A stretch of 64,000 nt of DNA. It comes from Piromyces finnis finn (lineage: Eukaryota; Fungi; Neocallimastigomycota). The translations under genes and the position numbers were made by a program. Location of the stretch: NCBI GenBank assembly GCA_002104945.1, contig MCFH01000019.1, forward strand, positions 124,001-188,000. Reading direction: 5' to 3'. Of the stretch, positions 16,062-30,400 are shown one piece after another; within the stretch, counting starts at the first letter, position 1; the number at the start of each line of letters is the position of its first letter. A model generated the notes under the pieces. The model was not told the origin of the DNA. It saw only the letters and a program-made list of their open reading frames with translations, and did not search any database.

Positions 16062-18643
16062 TAAATAAAATATTCAAAAACTAATTAATATTACCATTAC
16101 TATTCATTTATTTATTTTATTTATAATGATTTTATTTAATATTTGTTTTTTTTTTTTGTTATATTTTTAGATACATTTTATTCAAATATATTGTATTATT
16201 ATATTACATTTTTCTTTATACAAAAAAATATATATATTTTTATTAGAGCTTTTTATTCAGCTAAAAATAAAAATACATATAGACAAACTTTGAATAGGTG
16301 GATAGAAATAAAATAGTTTCAATTCCTTTTATTTTATTGATAATTAAATAATAAATATATCATTACCAATAAATAAAAATGACTTTAAAGTTATTTAATT
16401 TTTTAGCAGTATTGTTATTGAAATTGACAAATACTTTTAAATATTTTTTTCGATTGCTTCAATCTTTAAACTATATTTTTTCTTTAGTTAATTATTGGTT
16501 GTTATTTCAAATATTTAAATTTTGTTCTTCATTTCTTTCTTCTCTTCTTCTTTTATACTTTAAATACTTTTTATACAATTATTTAAAATCCTTTGAGCAT
16601 TTAGCATTTCAATAGGTAAAAAAAAAAAAAAAAGAATCCAATTTAGGTTTTTTTTTTTCCTTTCTTGGCTAAGGAGGAACATCTAAGAGAATACCATTAT
16701 AGCTTTATTGAATTGAATTTATTCAATAATCAAATTTATTAAATGTTTATTAATTAATATAATAATATTAGAATACAAGAATATTTTTATTATATTAATA
16801 ATGTAGAAAAGTTTTTTTTATTTAACTAGACAGCTTTAATTATTTTAGTTATATAGAAAGAAGAAAAGTATAATAATTAAATATTTGCTGCATCTGTCTA
16901 AATAAGTAATTAAAAAAGAATTTTATATATAAATCATAATAAGAAGCATGAAAAATTGCTGTGCATGTCTAATACTAGACATGTTTTTTGCCTTTTTTTT
17001 AGAAAATTTTGTACTTTTTTCTTTTCATCATAAAAATGATGAAGATAAAAACTGATGTTTAAAAAGTTTTCTTAATTCACTTTTCTTCTTTTTATACTAT
17101 TTTTTTTGTTATATATATGTAATATATAAATATCAAAATATTCATAATAACCCATAGTTTACATAAACTTACAACTTATTATCAAATTAAACTACTTAAT
17201 AAAATTATCATTAGCCACTTTTAATATCTTTTATAATTATTTTTATTATTTTTAATGTTTTTAGTGTTTTATTACTTTTAATATTTATTATTGAGAAAGA
17301 TAATTTATCGTATTCTTTTTATCATTTAATTAATAAACTTTTTAAAATTTAAACAATTCAAATTTAATAATATTTTGTGGTTAATTAACAATTTAACAAT
17401 TAAAAATGTGGTAAAATTAAAAATTTTAAATTTTTATTAATTTATAAAATTTTTCATTAATCATTAAAAAGCGCATCCACAAGTAAAATCCGCAAAAAAT
17501 TTAATATTTTAACATTCACCACATTTTGTAATTCATATTATTTTTATTTTTTGTAAAATATAAACTTTCCTTCTGCCAAACTATTTTTATTATTAATATA
17601 AAAAAAGTATAAAAAGAAGAAAAATGAATTAAAAAATTTTTTTTAAACATCAGTTTTTATCTTCATCATTTTTATGATGAAAAGAAAAAAGTACAAAATT
17701 TTCTAAAAAAAAGGCAAAAAACATGTCTAGTATTAGACATGCACAGCAATTTTTCATGCTTCTTATTATGATTTATATATAAAATTCTTTTTTAATTACT
17801 TATTTAGACAGATGCAGCAAATATTTAATTATTATACTTTTCTTCTTTCTATATAACTAAAATAATTAAAGCTGTCTAGTTAAATAAAAAAAACTTTTCT
17901 ACATTATTAATATAATAAAAATATTCTTGTATTCTAATATTATTATATTAATTAATAAACATTTAATAAATTTGATTATTGAATAAATTCAATTCAATAA
18001 AGCTATAATGGTATTCTCTTAGATGTTCCTCCTTAGCCAAGAAAGGAAAAAAAAAAACCTAAATTGGATTCTTTTTTTTTTTTTTTTACCTATTGAAATG
18101 CTAAATGCTCAAAGGATTTTAAATAATTGTATAAAAAGTATTTAAAGTATAAAAGAAGAAGAGAAGAAAGAAATGAAGAACAAAATTTAAATATTTGAAA
18201 TAACAACCAATAATTAACTAAAGAAAAAATATAGTTTAAAGATTGAAGCAATCGAAAAAAATATTTAAAAGTATTTGTCAATTTCAATAACAATACTGCT
18301 AAAAAATTAAATAACTTTAAAGTCATTTTTATTTATTGGTAATGATATATTTATTATTTAATTATCAATAAAATAAAAGGAATTGAAACTATTTTATTTC
18401 TATCCACCTATTCAAAGTTTGTCTATATGTATTTTTATTTTTAGCTGAATAAAAAGCTCTAATAAAAATATATATATTTTTTTGTATAAAGAAAAATGTA
18501 ATATAATAATACAATATATTTGAATAAAATGTATCTAAAAATATAACAAAAAAAAAAAACAAATATTAAATAAAATCATTATAAATAAAATAAATAAATG
18601 AATAGTAATGGTAATATTAATTAGTTTTTGAATATTTTATTTA
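16062..18643. mobile_element. Foldback element copy A (arms 16062-17098 and 17607-18643, core in + orientation)
   Basis: Perfect inverted arms: mirrored coordinates sum to 34705 at the outer end, at the twin 78-aa ORFs and at 17041/17664. No coding content and no clear TSD. Confidence 0.85.
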
Positions 18644-18881
18644 TTGTGTTGTTTTAGTGTTGCTTGTCAAAATTAACAAAAAAGATTGAATAATTAATTT
18701 TAAATATACTTTTATTTTTTTAACTTTACCACATTTCATTTTTAAAAAATCTTAAACAACCAATAAAAAAGCAACCAAGACTATTAAAAATAAAATTTTT
18801 TTTAAAACTAAAAAGAAATTGAAATTGACAATGTAAAAGGTTTTTTTTTTTTTTAAAAAAAAAAGTAAAGTTCAGGGTAAA

Positions 18882-20350
18882 ATGTTTACTCATTTACTTA
18901 ATTGCTTTACTATATTTTATATTCTATTGGGATGGAGTATAGTAATTGTTAATGCAGAAAATTGTTTATTATTTAATAATGCTTTAAATAATTTACTCGG
19001 AAAGACTTTTGAAAATTATAATGCTGGAGCTTGTTGTTCTTCAAAACAAAACATTACAGTTTTTGAAAACAACTTTATAACAAAAATGTAACTATATGAA
19101 AACTATATATATACCAATCTAAACTTTAAAATATATACAGAGATATAGATATACAGATATTAAAATAATATGAATTAATAACAAATTCATTTCTATTTTT
19201 CTGTTAATAGTAAACTTGAAGAAATAAATTGTAACAATATTGAAGAATTTATATCTTCTATTGGTGAAGGCTTATCTCAATTAGTTTCTTTGTAATAAAA
19301 AAATGCTATATAAAGATATTTTATATTTTTTATATATTTTTATATTTTATAAAAATAATTAAAAATAATGTTGTACATTTATATTGTTTTAAAAAAATAG
19401 AGAACTTATTGGAGGCAGTTGTAAAATTCCTAGCAATTTACAAGAATTAAAAACTTAGAAAAATTGTAACGTATAATTTATTTATAATTTATTTTTTTTT
19501 TTAATTTATTATATATCTTATATTTTATTATCTATTATAATAAAATATAAAATATAGTGTTATTAAAATAGATATTTTAATAACACTATAATAACAATAA
19601 TAACTTCTACAATAATAATAATAATAATAATTTTGATAATTTCTATTTCTAGGATTTATAAAAATCATTCCTTTTCTAATATTAATATTTCTATTCCAGA
19701 AAGTATTTCTCAGCTGAAAAATTTAAAAGAATTGTAATTAATTACATTTAATTTACATTTAATATACAGTCAAAAAATATATAATAGAATATTAAATACT
19801 AAATATAATAATTATTATTATCAATTATTGTTAATATTATTATTATTATTATTGGTAATTTTTATTTATAGAGATTTATCTGGAAATGATTTCAATGGTG
19901 AAATTCCAAGTTCTTTTAGTAATTTAATAAACTTAAAAATTATGTAAATTTTATTTAAAAAATAAAGTAAAACAAATAAAATAGTATTTTTGTATTTATA
20001 TATATAATTAACAGTAATTAAAATAACAATATTTGATATATATTTCATAATAAATAATTTATTTTAGGAAATTAAATAATAACAAGTTTTCTGGATATGT
20101 TCCAAACAAATTAGAAAAACTTAGAAATTTAATAGAAATGTATGCATTTCAATGAAAAGTTTTTGTTCAATTTATTTTAATTTATTTATTTTTTTTATTT
20201 ATTTATAAAAAATATATTATAATTAATGAAAATTATTAAATAAAATAATATATAACATATAGAGATTTGAGTTATAATAAAAATTTGAAGGGTCATCTTC
20301 CAGATTTTCCAAATATTAGAATTTATAATTATGAAAATAAAATAAAATAA
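18882..20350 (+). pseudogene. Seven-exon secreted LRR protein, apparently 3'-truncated (no TM or tail)
   Basis: Exons 18882-19087, 19211-19291, 19401-19466, 19653-19733, 19872-19943, 20068-20139 and 20263-20350, with phase-2 GT-AG introns. Plant-type LRRs DLSGNDFNGEIPSSFSNLINL and KLNNNKFSGYVPNKLEKLRNL. The last exon runs into AT-rich sequence and stops. Confidence 0.7.
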
Positions 20351-20989
20351 AATAAATTTAATAATAATGTAATAAAAAAAAGAGAAAAAAACTTTATGTG
20401 TTCATTTTTTATATAAAACTTATATTTGTAATTGTATTGCATTTCTAATTTATTATAACGGAATATTATTAATTATAATAAAAATATAATATGTAAATAA
20501 AGAAACGTAATGTAACATATTTTACTCTTTATTTTTACATTTCAATTATATATAAGTAATATATACAATAAAAATGCATTTCTTTAACAACTCAATAGAT
20601 ACTGCCTAAAATTAATATATATTATATTTGATATAGCTCAGTTTAAATACTGAGCTTTTTTAGAGAGAAGTTTATAAATTTATTATTAAATTATTTATTA
20701 AAATAGTTATTTGTAAAGCAAAGAGTTAAATAAATGAAATAAAATGTAGGTTTATATGTTTCTTCATAAATAAAAATTGTTTTTATAATTGTTTAATAGT
20801 TAAATGCATTACTTATAAAAGTATTAAAATGTAAGATAAATTTATTAAGTATTTAGCGGATTTATTACCGCACATAGTTTAAAAGAACATAATATATAAA
20901 AAATATAATTTATAAAGAAAAAAAAATAATACTTTTATGGTATTTTAAAAAAATTATACTAATACTCTTGAATTAATATTAAATATTCG

Positions 20990-23505
20990 TTAATACTATT
21001 TAATATTATGATACATTTTAAATAATATACACAAAATTAATTATTATTTTCTTATTTATAACTTTTTTTTATTTAGTTTAAAATGGTTTTATTTATTAAT
21101 TTTGATTCAAATACATTGTATTGTTATTTCTTTAGATTATATCATATAAATATTTTTATTAAAGCTTTTTATAAAAATTAAAATAAAAACACATATATAG
21201 ACAAGTTTTGAATTATAGAGTAACAATAACATTTTTAATTATTTTTATTGTATTAATAATAAAACTTTTTCTAATTACTAATAAATGAAAATATAGGTAG
21301 TAAATCATTTTTTATTTATTTTTTGTTATTTCAATCTTTAAATTATTTTTTCTTTAATCTATTATCGATTATTATTTCATAGACTTAATCTTTTTGTATA
21401 TTCCATTTTTCTTATCTTCTTTTTCTTCATTAATATTAAAAATATCTATTTAACAGCTATTTAGAGTAGTATTGCTTCATTATCTTTCTGATAGATTCTC
21501 TAAGTGTTTTGGAATTTAATTTACTTTCATATTTTTTCTTCTTTGGCTAGGTAGTTTGGATAGAACATCTAAGAGAATTCCATAATAACTTTATTGAACT
21601 GATTTATTCAAAATTATTTTATATTTAATAATTAATATAATATATAATAATACTAGAATACTAGAATATTTTTATTATATTAATAATGTAGAAAAGTTTT
21701 TTTTATTTAACTAGACAGCTTTAATTATTTTAGTTATATAGAAAGAAGAAAAGTATAATAATTAAATATTTGCTGCATCTGTCTAAATAAGTAGTTAAAA
21801 AAGTATTTTATATATAAATCATAATAAGTAGCATGAAAAATTGCTGTGCATGTCTAATACTAGACATGTTTTTTGCCTTTTTTTTAGAAAATTTTGTACT
21901 TTTTTCTTTTCATCATAAAAATGATGAAGATAAAAACTGATGTTTAAAAAAATTTTTTTAATTCATTTTTCTTCTTTTTATACTTTTTTTATATTAATAA
22001 TAAAAATAGTTTGGCAGAAGGAAAGTTTATATTTTACAAAAAATAAAAATAATATGAATTACAAAATGTGGTGAATGTTAAAATATTAAATTTTTTGAGG
22101 ATTTTACTTGTGGATGCGCTTTTTAATGATTAATGAAAAATTTTATAAATTAATAAAAATTTAAAATTTTTAATTTTACCACATATTTAATTGTTAAATT
22201 GCTAATTAACCACAAAATATTATTAAATTTGAATTTTTTAAATTTTAAAAAGTTTATTAATGAAATGATAAAAAGAATACAATAAATTATCTTTCTCAAT
22301 AATAAATATTAAAAGTAATAAAACACTAAAAACATTATAAATAATAAAAATAATAAAAATAATTATAAAAGATATTAAAAGTGGCTAATGATAATTTTAT
22401 TAAGTAGTTTAATTTGATTATAAGTTGTAAGTTTATGTAAACTATAGGTTATTATGAATATCTTGATATTTATATTTTATTACATATATATAACAAAAAA
22501 ATAGTATAAAAAGAAGAAAAGTGAATTAAAAATTTTTTAAACATCAGTTTTTATCTTCATCATTTTTATGATGAAAAGAAAAAAATACAAAATTTTCTAA
22601 AAAAAAGGCAAAAAACATGTCTAGTATTAGACATGCACAGCAATTTTTCATGCTACTTATTATGATTTATATATAAAATACTTTTTTAACTACTTATTTA
22701 GACAGATGCAGCAAATATTTAATTATTATACTTTTCTTCTTTCTATATAACTAAAATAATTAAAACTGTCTAGTTAAATAAAAAAAACTTTTCTACTTCT
22801 ACATTATTAATATAATAAAAATATTCTAGTATTCTAGTATTATTATATTAATCTTTAAATATAAAATAATTGTTGAATATATCCAGTTTAATAAAGCTAT
22901 TATGGAATTCTCTTAGATGCTCTGTTCTAACTTGTCAATGAAGAAAAAATGTAAATGTAAATTAAATTCCAAAATACTTATAGAATCTTTCAGAAAGATA
23001 ATGACTCCATACTAGTCTAAATAGTTAATAATAAATTAAAGATTAAATTCTATGAAGACTAAATTAATGAAAAATATTTATAATTATTAAATATTTATTG
23101 ATATTTATTTGTATAATAATACTATAAATAAAATGGTTAAATTTCTATGTATTCATAATATTTTTATTTATTAGTAAATTAGTAAACATTATATTACTAA
23201 TGTAATAAATGAAATTAAAATTCTAATTTATTTTTACTCTATAATACAAAGTTTGTCTATATGTATTTTTATTTTAGTTCATTAAAAAAACTTTAATAAA
23301 ATATATATAATAATTCAGTATAAATAAATATAAATAAATACTTATAACAATACAATGTATTCGAATAACATGTATATAAAAATAAAATAATAAACAATAC
23401 CATTTAAATTAAAAAAAAATAAAAATAAAAAATAGTAATTAATTTTTTCTATTTAATGTGTATAGTATAATAGTATTAAATATAATTAATTTTTAATTTT
23501 TTTTA
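20990..23505. mobile_element. Foldback element copy B (core in - orientation; left outer arm diverged)
   Basis: Same inner-arm motifs and core as copy A, with GTGGATGCGC near 22110. Ends are approximate. Confidence 0.8.
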
Positions 23506-24350
23506 TAAAGCTCAATATTTTGATGATAATAAATTTATTGAAACTAAAGATTTTATTAAATTATGTTATGAGTACCCAGAGTTTGCCTATGGTTTCTACT
23601 GGTTATTGAAAGCAAGAAGCGGATACAAGTTAGATGCTAGAATTGCAAAAGCTGCTTAATTTGTTGATCCAGTTTGTCCTAACTACTGTCCATGTTGCAA
23701 GAGTAGAGATCAAAGTATTAAGCATTGATTATTAGATTGTCCAACATTTAAAGATATCCGTATTAAACATTATAATTCCATAGTCCAGTTATTAAATAAT
23801 AACAATAGTAATAATAACAATAGTAGTAATAGAAATAATAATATTAGTAATGATAGCAATAGTGAAGATAATAATTCTAATTTAGATAGTAATTTAGTTA
23901 ATGATAGTAATAGTTCTAATAATCCGGTGAATATTAATGTGTATGATTATTCTAGTGTGTGCAGTAAAATATTTAAATTCCTTCTTGGGGGAAGAAGTTT
24001 TAACAATATCAATTACAATTCAAGGGAATGGAAAGAACTTTGTAAGCGTCAGATTCAATCTGGTACTAACGAAGGAACACCATTCTTGACGGTAACCGCG
24101 GAACTTCTAACCAAAATCATGCCTTTTGTTATTGGCCAGCAATGGTCAATGTTCATAAGGTTTGTAGCAACATCCAAAAGCGTTAATGCTGAAGAAACAG
24201 TAAGACAGGCCAGGAGGGCTAGTGCAACTAATGGAGATCATAATTTTGTCCTATGATAAAATTTTGATCTTTGCCTCGGTGTCCCATTGGAAGTCATATA
24301 CAATTATTATACGTTAGTATAATAGTGGCTTTCTTATTTTAATTAATAAA
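23506..24350 (+). mobile_element. Decayed 3' fragment of a non-LTR retrotransposon (LINE) ORF2, copy 1
   Basis: Translation FYWLLKARSGYKLDARIAKAA*FVDPVCPNYCPCCKSRDQSIKH*LLDCPTFKDIR matches the C-terminal CCHC zinc-finger region of LINE ORF2, with in-frame stops. It includes track ORF 23927..24256. Confidence 0.75.
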
Positions 24351-24749
24351 ATTACTAGAATACATTATACCCAATTTTTATTCATTTGTATTTATTTAAA
24401 TATATTTATTTTTATTTTTATTTTTATTTTTTATAACATGTATTTTTATTTTAATTTAGTTAATAATAAAGTGTAAAAATATTTAATATATTAAAACTAA
24501 TAAAGTAATTGTTATAAATGAAAATTAATCTCTAATTATTATGTTTATTAATATTCCTTAAATGATTAATAATGTCCATGACTAACGAAATATATTAAAG
24601 AATTTATTTAAGTATTAAATATTATTCTTTTTATACATATTTAAATAGTAAAGATTAATAGGTTTTTATTTAAAAAGAAAAGGTTATGTATGACTATTTA
24701 AAAATTACATATTTTAATATTATTTATTTATTTATTTATTTGAATAATT

Positions 24750-24820
24750 AAACAATAAACAATAAACAATACAAAATACAAAATACACAATGCACAATGC
24801 ACAATGCACAATGCACACTA
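24750..24820. repeat. 7-bp minisatellite (AACAATA x3, CAAAATA x2, CACAATG x4); second copy at about 53495-53562
   Basis: Direct reading of the sequence. Confidence 0.85.
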
Positions 24821-27462
24821 AATAATTTACATAGCACATAACAATTATTTATTTATTTTATCTATAAATTTTTATTTAATTATTTTACAATAGTTTTATT
24901 TATTATTTAAATTTTATTTTATTTTTATATACTTATTATTCAAATACATTGTATTTTTATAAGTATTTATTTATATTTATTTATACTAAATATTATATAT
25001 ATTTTTATTAAAGTTTTTTTATTGAACTAAAATAAAAATACATATAGACAAACTTTGAATTATAGAGTAAAAAAAATAAAACTGTAATTTTATTGTTTTA
25101 TCAGTAATTTTTCAAATTTTTGAATATTTAGTTACTAATTAGTAAAAATAATGATTAAAGTGTTTATAATTCTATTATAGTTGTAGGTTAGAGTATTATT
25201 ATACAAATCAATAAATATTTAATAATTATAAATATTTTTCATTAATTTAGTCTTCATAGAATTTAATCTTTAATTTATTATCAATTATTATTTCATAGAT
25301 TTAATCTTTTTGTTTATTCCTTTTTTCTTATCTTCTTTTTCTTCATTAATACTTAAAATATCTATTTAACAGCTATTTAGAGTAGTATTGGTTCATTATC
25401 TTTCTGAAAGATTCTATAAGTATTTTGGAATTTAATTGACATTTACATTTTTTCTTCTTTGGCTAGGCAGTTAGGATAGAACAACGAGAGGAATACCATA
25501 ATAGCTTTATTGAACTGGATTTATTCAACAATTATTTTATATTTAAAAATTAATATAATAATACTAGAATACTAGAATATTTTTATTATATTAATAATGT
25601 AGAAAAGTTTTTTTTATTTAACTAGACAGCTTTAATTATTTAGTTATATAGAAAGAAGAAAAGTATAATAATTAAATATTTGCTGCATCTGTCTAAATAA
25701 GTAATTAAAAAAGAATTTTATATATAAATCATAATAAGTAGCATGAAAAATTGCTGTGCATGTCTAATACTAGACATGTTTTTTGCTTTTTTTTTAGAAA
25801 ATTTTGTACTTTTTTCTTTTCATCATAAAAATGATGAAGATAAAAACTGATGTTTAAAAAAATTTTTAATTCACTTTTCTTCTTTTTATACTATTTTTTT
25901 TGTTATATATATGTAATATATAAATATCAAGATATTCATAATAACCTATAATTTAAATAAACTTACAGCTTATTATCAAATTGAACTACTTAATAAAATT
26001 ATCATTAGCCACTTTTTAATATCTTTTATAATTATTTTTATTGTTTTTATTATTTATAATGTTTTTAGTGTTTTATTACTTTTAATATTTATTATTGAGA
26101 AAGATAATTCATCGTATTCTTTTTATCATTTCATTAATAAACTTTTTAAAATTTAAAAAACCAAATTTAATAATATTTTGTGGTTAATTAACAATTTTAC
26201 AAATTAAAAATGTGGTAAAATTAAAAATTTTAAATTTTTATTAATTTATAAAATTTTTCATTAATCATTAAAAAGCGCATCCACAAGTAAAATCCTCAAA
26301 AAATTTAATATTTTAACATTCACCACATTTTGTAATTCATATTATTTTTATTTTTTGTAAAATATAAACTTTCCTTCTGCCAAACTATTTTTATTATTAA
26401 TATAAAAAAAGTATAAAAAGAAGAAAAATGAATTAAAAAATTTTTTTTAAACATCAGTTTTTATCTTCATCATTTTTATGATGAAAAGAAAAAAATACAA
26501 AATTTTCTAAAAAAAAAAAGCAAAAAACATGTCTAGTATTAGACATGCACAGCAATTTTTCATGCTGCTTATTATGATTTATATATAAAATACTTTTTTA
26601 ACTACTTATTTAGACAGATGCAGCAAATATTTAATTATTATACTTTTCTTCTTTCTATATAACTAAATAATTAAAGCTGTCTAGTTAAATAAAAAAACTT
26701 TTCTACTTCTACATTATTAATATAATAAAAATATTCTAGTATTCTAGTATTATTATATATTATATTAATTATTAAATATAAAATAATTGTTGAATAAATC
26801 CAATTCAATAAAATTATTATGGTATTCTCATAGATGTTCTATCCTAGATACCTAGCCAAAGAAGAAAAAATATAAATGTAAATTAAATTTCAAAATACTT
26901 ATAGAATCTTTCAGAAAGATAATGAACCAATACTACTCTAAATAGCTGAAAATAGATATTTTAAGTATTAATGAAGAAAAAGAAGATAAGAAAAAAGGAA
27001 TAAACAAAAAGATTAAATCTATGAAATAATAATTGATAATAAATTAAAGATTAAATTTTCTATGAAGACTAAATTAATGAAAAATATTTATAATTATTAA
27101 ATATTTATTAATTTGTATAATAATGCTATGTATTCATAATATTTTTTATTTATTAGTAAAGTAGTAAACGTTATATTACTAATAAAATTGAAAGAATAGA
27201 ATTTAGCTAGAACTTAAATTACTAATAAAAATTTATATTACTAATATTAAACTTTAATTAATAATAAAATTATAATGTAATTACTAATGTAATGTTTCTT
27301 AGAATAATCGTAACATATAGTATTACTAATTTACATTAGCCACATACTTTAGTATAAAAAGGAATTTGTAAATGTATTATTAAAATCTTTGTAATTACCT
27401 TTATTAAATTAAATTTAATAAACATAATAAATAAACTTTATTAAACCTAAATTTACTTTTCA

Positions 27463-27476
27463 GATTAAGAGTCTCA
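27463..27476 (+). promoter_or_regulatory. Primer-binding site complementary to the anticodon arm of tRNA-Lys(CUU)
   Basis: GATTAAGAGTCTCA lies directly after the 5' LTR. Its reverse complement TGAGACTCTTAATC contains GACTCTTAATC, the recalled anticodon stem-loop core of eukaryotic tRNA-Lys(CUU). Confidence 0.7.
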
Positions 27477-30400
27477 ATGGCTACCGAATATATTCTTTCT
27501 AACCACGGACGTCCACTTAACGGTGACAATTTTAGTGCTTGGAAATTAAGAATTACCAGCATCCTCACCGCTTTAAATCTCAAGAATTATTTAGACCAAA
27601 ATATTACTACTAATGAAATTCAAGATCCAGGTGAAATCCTAAGAATACAAAAGGAAAATGCAGCTGCTGTATCTATTATACTTAACAATATTGAAGATAA
27701 AATCTACCCGCTGATAACCGATACTGATACTGCCCACGAACTTATGGAAAACTTAAAAATCCTCTTTGAGCAAGACGAAGATGTAACTTTACAAGAATGG
27801 ATGAACAAATTAAGAGATATGAAGGTCAAAAATCACAAAGAAATACTTAGCGTAACTAGTAAAATGATGTCCATATTTAAACAAATGGAGAAGAAAAAGT
27901 TACCAATTACTGAACAAGAAAAAATAGATTATCTCTTAGGATGTATGCCAAAGGAACTAAAAATCATTTTCATTTCTGGAACCACAACTACTGCAAATGA
28001 CCTTTATGAAGATATTAAAAATAAATACAAATTACTCTACCATATAGGAAAAAATAAAGAAATTAGAAATACAAGAAGCTATGATGAAGATATGATGGAC
28101 ATTGACTTAGTTAACAATATAATGAAATTTAACAAGGGCAACAACAATAACTCTAGAATAAGCAAATACTGTCATATATGCAATATGAAAAATCATAATA
28201 CTAGTGAATGCGGTTATAACACAAAAAACAAGAATAGATACAACAAATACAACAATAACAGCAACAACAACAGAAGGAAACTATATCAAAATAACAAAAG
28301 AAATTATAATAGAAACAACATCAATTATTTAAACAAGAAAGAAATGGATGAAATTTTATCAAATGATGGACTTGCCTATATTAATAACATCAATAATAAA
28401 GAAAATAATGAGAAATCTTCGAACTCTACTACCTGGATATATGACACAGGTGCTTCTGAACACATAACTAATGATAAAAGTATTTTAAGAAATTTTGTTG
28501 AACAAAAATTAAAAATGAAGTGTGCCAACAATACTACTTGTGAATTTCAGGGATTCGGTACATACGAAGGAAAACTAAATAACCATAACATAACATTAAA
28601 AAGGGTTTTATACTCCAAGGATATAGCACAAAATCTAATAAGTGGAATAAAATTAGCACAATCACACATAAATTGTGAAATAATTAATAAAAATTTCAAA
28701 CCACAGTTAATAATCAAATACAATAATAAAAATATATTTAGAACACATGTCAATAAAAGGAATAATTTCAAAATTAAAACACAAAATAATAATTTCAATG
28801 ATAAAAAGATATATTGTATCAATGAAAATTTATCAAATAATATATGGCACAATAGATTAGGACATTACTATAACAAAAATCTAGAAAATTTTTTAAAGTC
28901 ACACAAAATTGAAAATAATGAATGCCTACATTGTAAAATATCAAAATTAAATAGAAAACCACACAATGGAATCCCACCCAAAGCGACTAGAAGAAACGAA
29001 GTTATTCATTCCGATGTTATGGGACCTTTACCACCATCAATAAATCAATATAAATATATTCTAACTTTTATTGACGAAGCTACTAGAAAAGGTTGGGTAT
29101 TTAATCTAAAAAATAAATCAGATGTTACTAGTACGACTATCAATTTTATTAAATTAATCAACAATAACTACCAAAATGAAAAAATTAAAATTTTTAAGTC
29201 TGATAATGGAAAAGAATACAATAATAAAAAATTATTAAATTTTTGTAAACGAAATGGTATTAAGAAAGAATTTTCCCCACCTTACAATCCTCAAAACAAT
29301 GGGATAGCTGAACGTTTCAACAGAACTATTACATCGTGCGTTAAAACAATTCTGTTTTGGGCAAAACTTAGTTTAAACTTTTGGGAATATGCAGTAAAAC
29401 ATGCTGTATATATTTATAATATGATACCACACAGTTGTATTTCCAATAAAATTCCTAATGAAATATACTTCAATAAAAAGATAAATCTAAACTATTTAAA
29501 AACTTTTGGTTGCATTGCATACTATAAGAATTTCAACCAAAACAAAAGAAAATTTGATATAAACTCCAGAAAAGGAATTTACTTAGGATTTAATAATAAT
29601 ACTCACTGTTTTATAATTATGGATTTCTACGATCATAATATACATTTAGTAAGAGAAGCAATTTTCATAGAAGAAAAACCAGGCAATCTCAAAATTGTAT
29701 CCGGCAACAATCCTGGTTACTCTAATATTTTAAAAACAAAAATTTCTAATGGTACAATGGTATATAAACATGATCAGGAATCTAACTATGAGGAGATCGA
29801 TACCAACCACTATCCTACCATAATTAAAATCAAGAATAATTTTGACAATAATTATAATAATATCAGTGAGGATAGTTACACAGAGGAAATTTTTCAACAA
29901 AATAATAATCATGAAAATAGTGATGATGGTTACACAGAAGAAATTTTTCAAGATGAAAATAATCTTAACAATTATGAAAATGATGTAATTATTCAAAATA
30001 AAAAATTAGTTACCGAGAATTCCAACAAAGATAATAATGAAAATATCAGCAATAACAATAATAAAAGACCACTTTCACCTACTGAAGATACACATATTAG
30101 CAAATATAGAATTACAAATACAACTGAAGAAGAAAATATTTCTGAAAATATTGTAAACAACACTATTTATAATATTGACAATAATGATAAAAATTCTGAA
30201 TGTAACACATTATTTTCTATTAATACTGAGGTTCCACTTACTTTCAATGATATATTTAAAAGAGAAGATTGGAAAGAATGGAGACGCGCTATTAGAAATG
30301 AACTTTTTAATCTATACAATAATAAAGTTATGATATTTACCAAAAATATTCCAGAAAATACAAATGTTATCTCTACAAAATGGGTTTTTAACATAAAACG

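Noticed and set aside
17040-17060. CTGATG near a hairpin in the foldback arms, and CTGAGAG..GAAA at 63.55 kb, as hammerhead cores
   Set aside because: Neither has the CUGANGA core with the required stem II and GAAA arrangement.
16379-18326. Twin 78-aa ORFs on opposite strands
   Set aside because: They are mirror images within the arms of foldback A and are not open in other copies.
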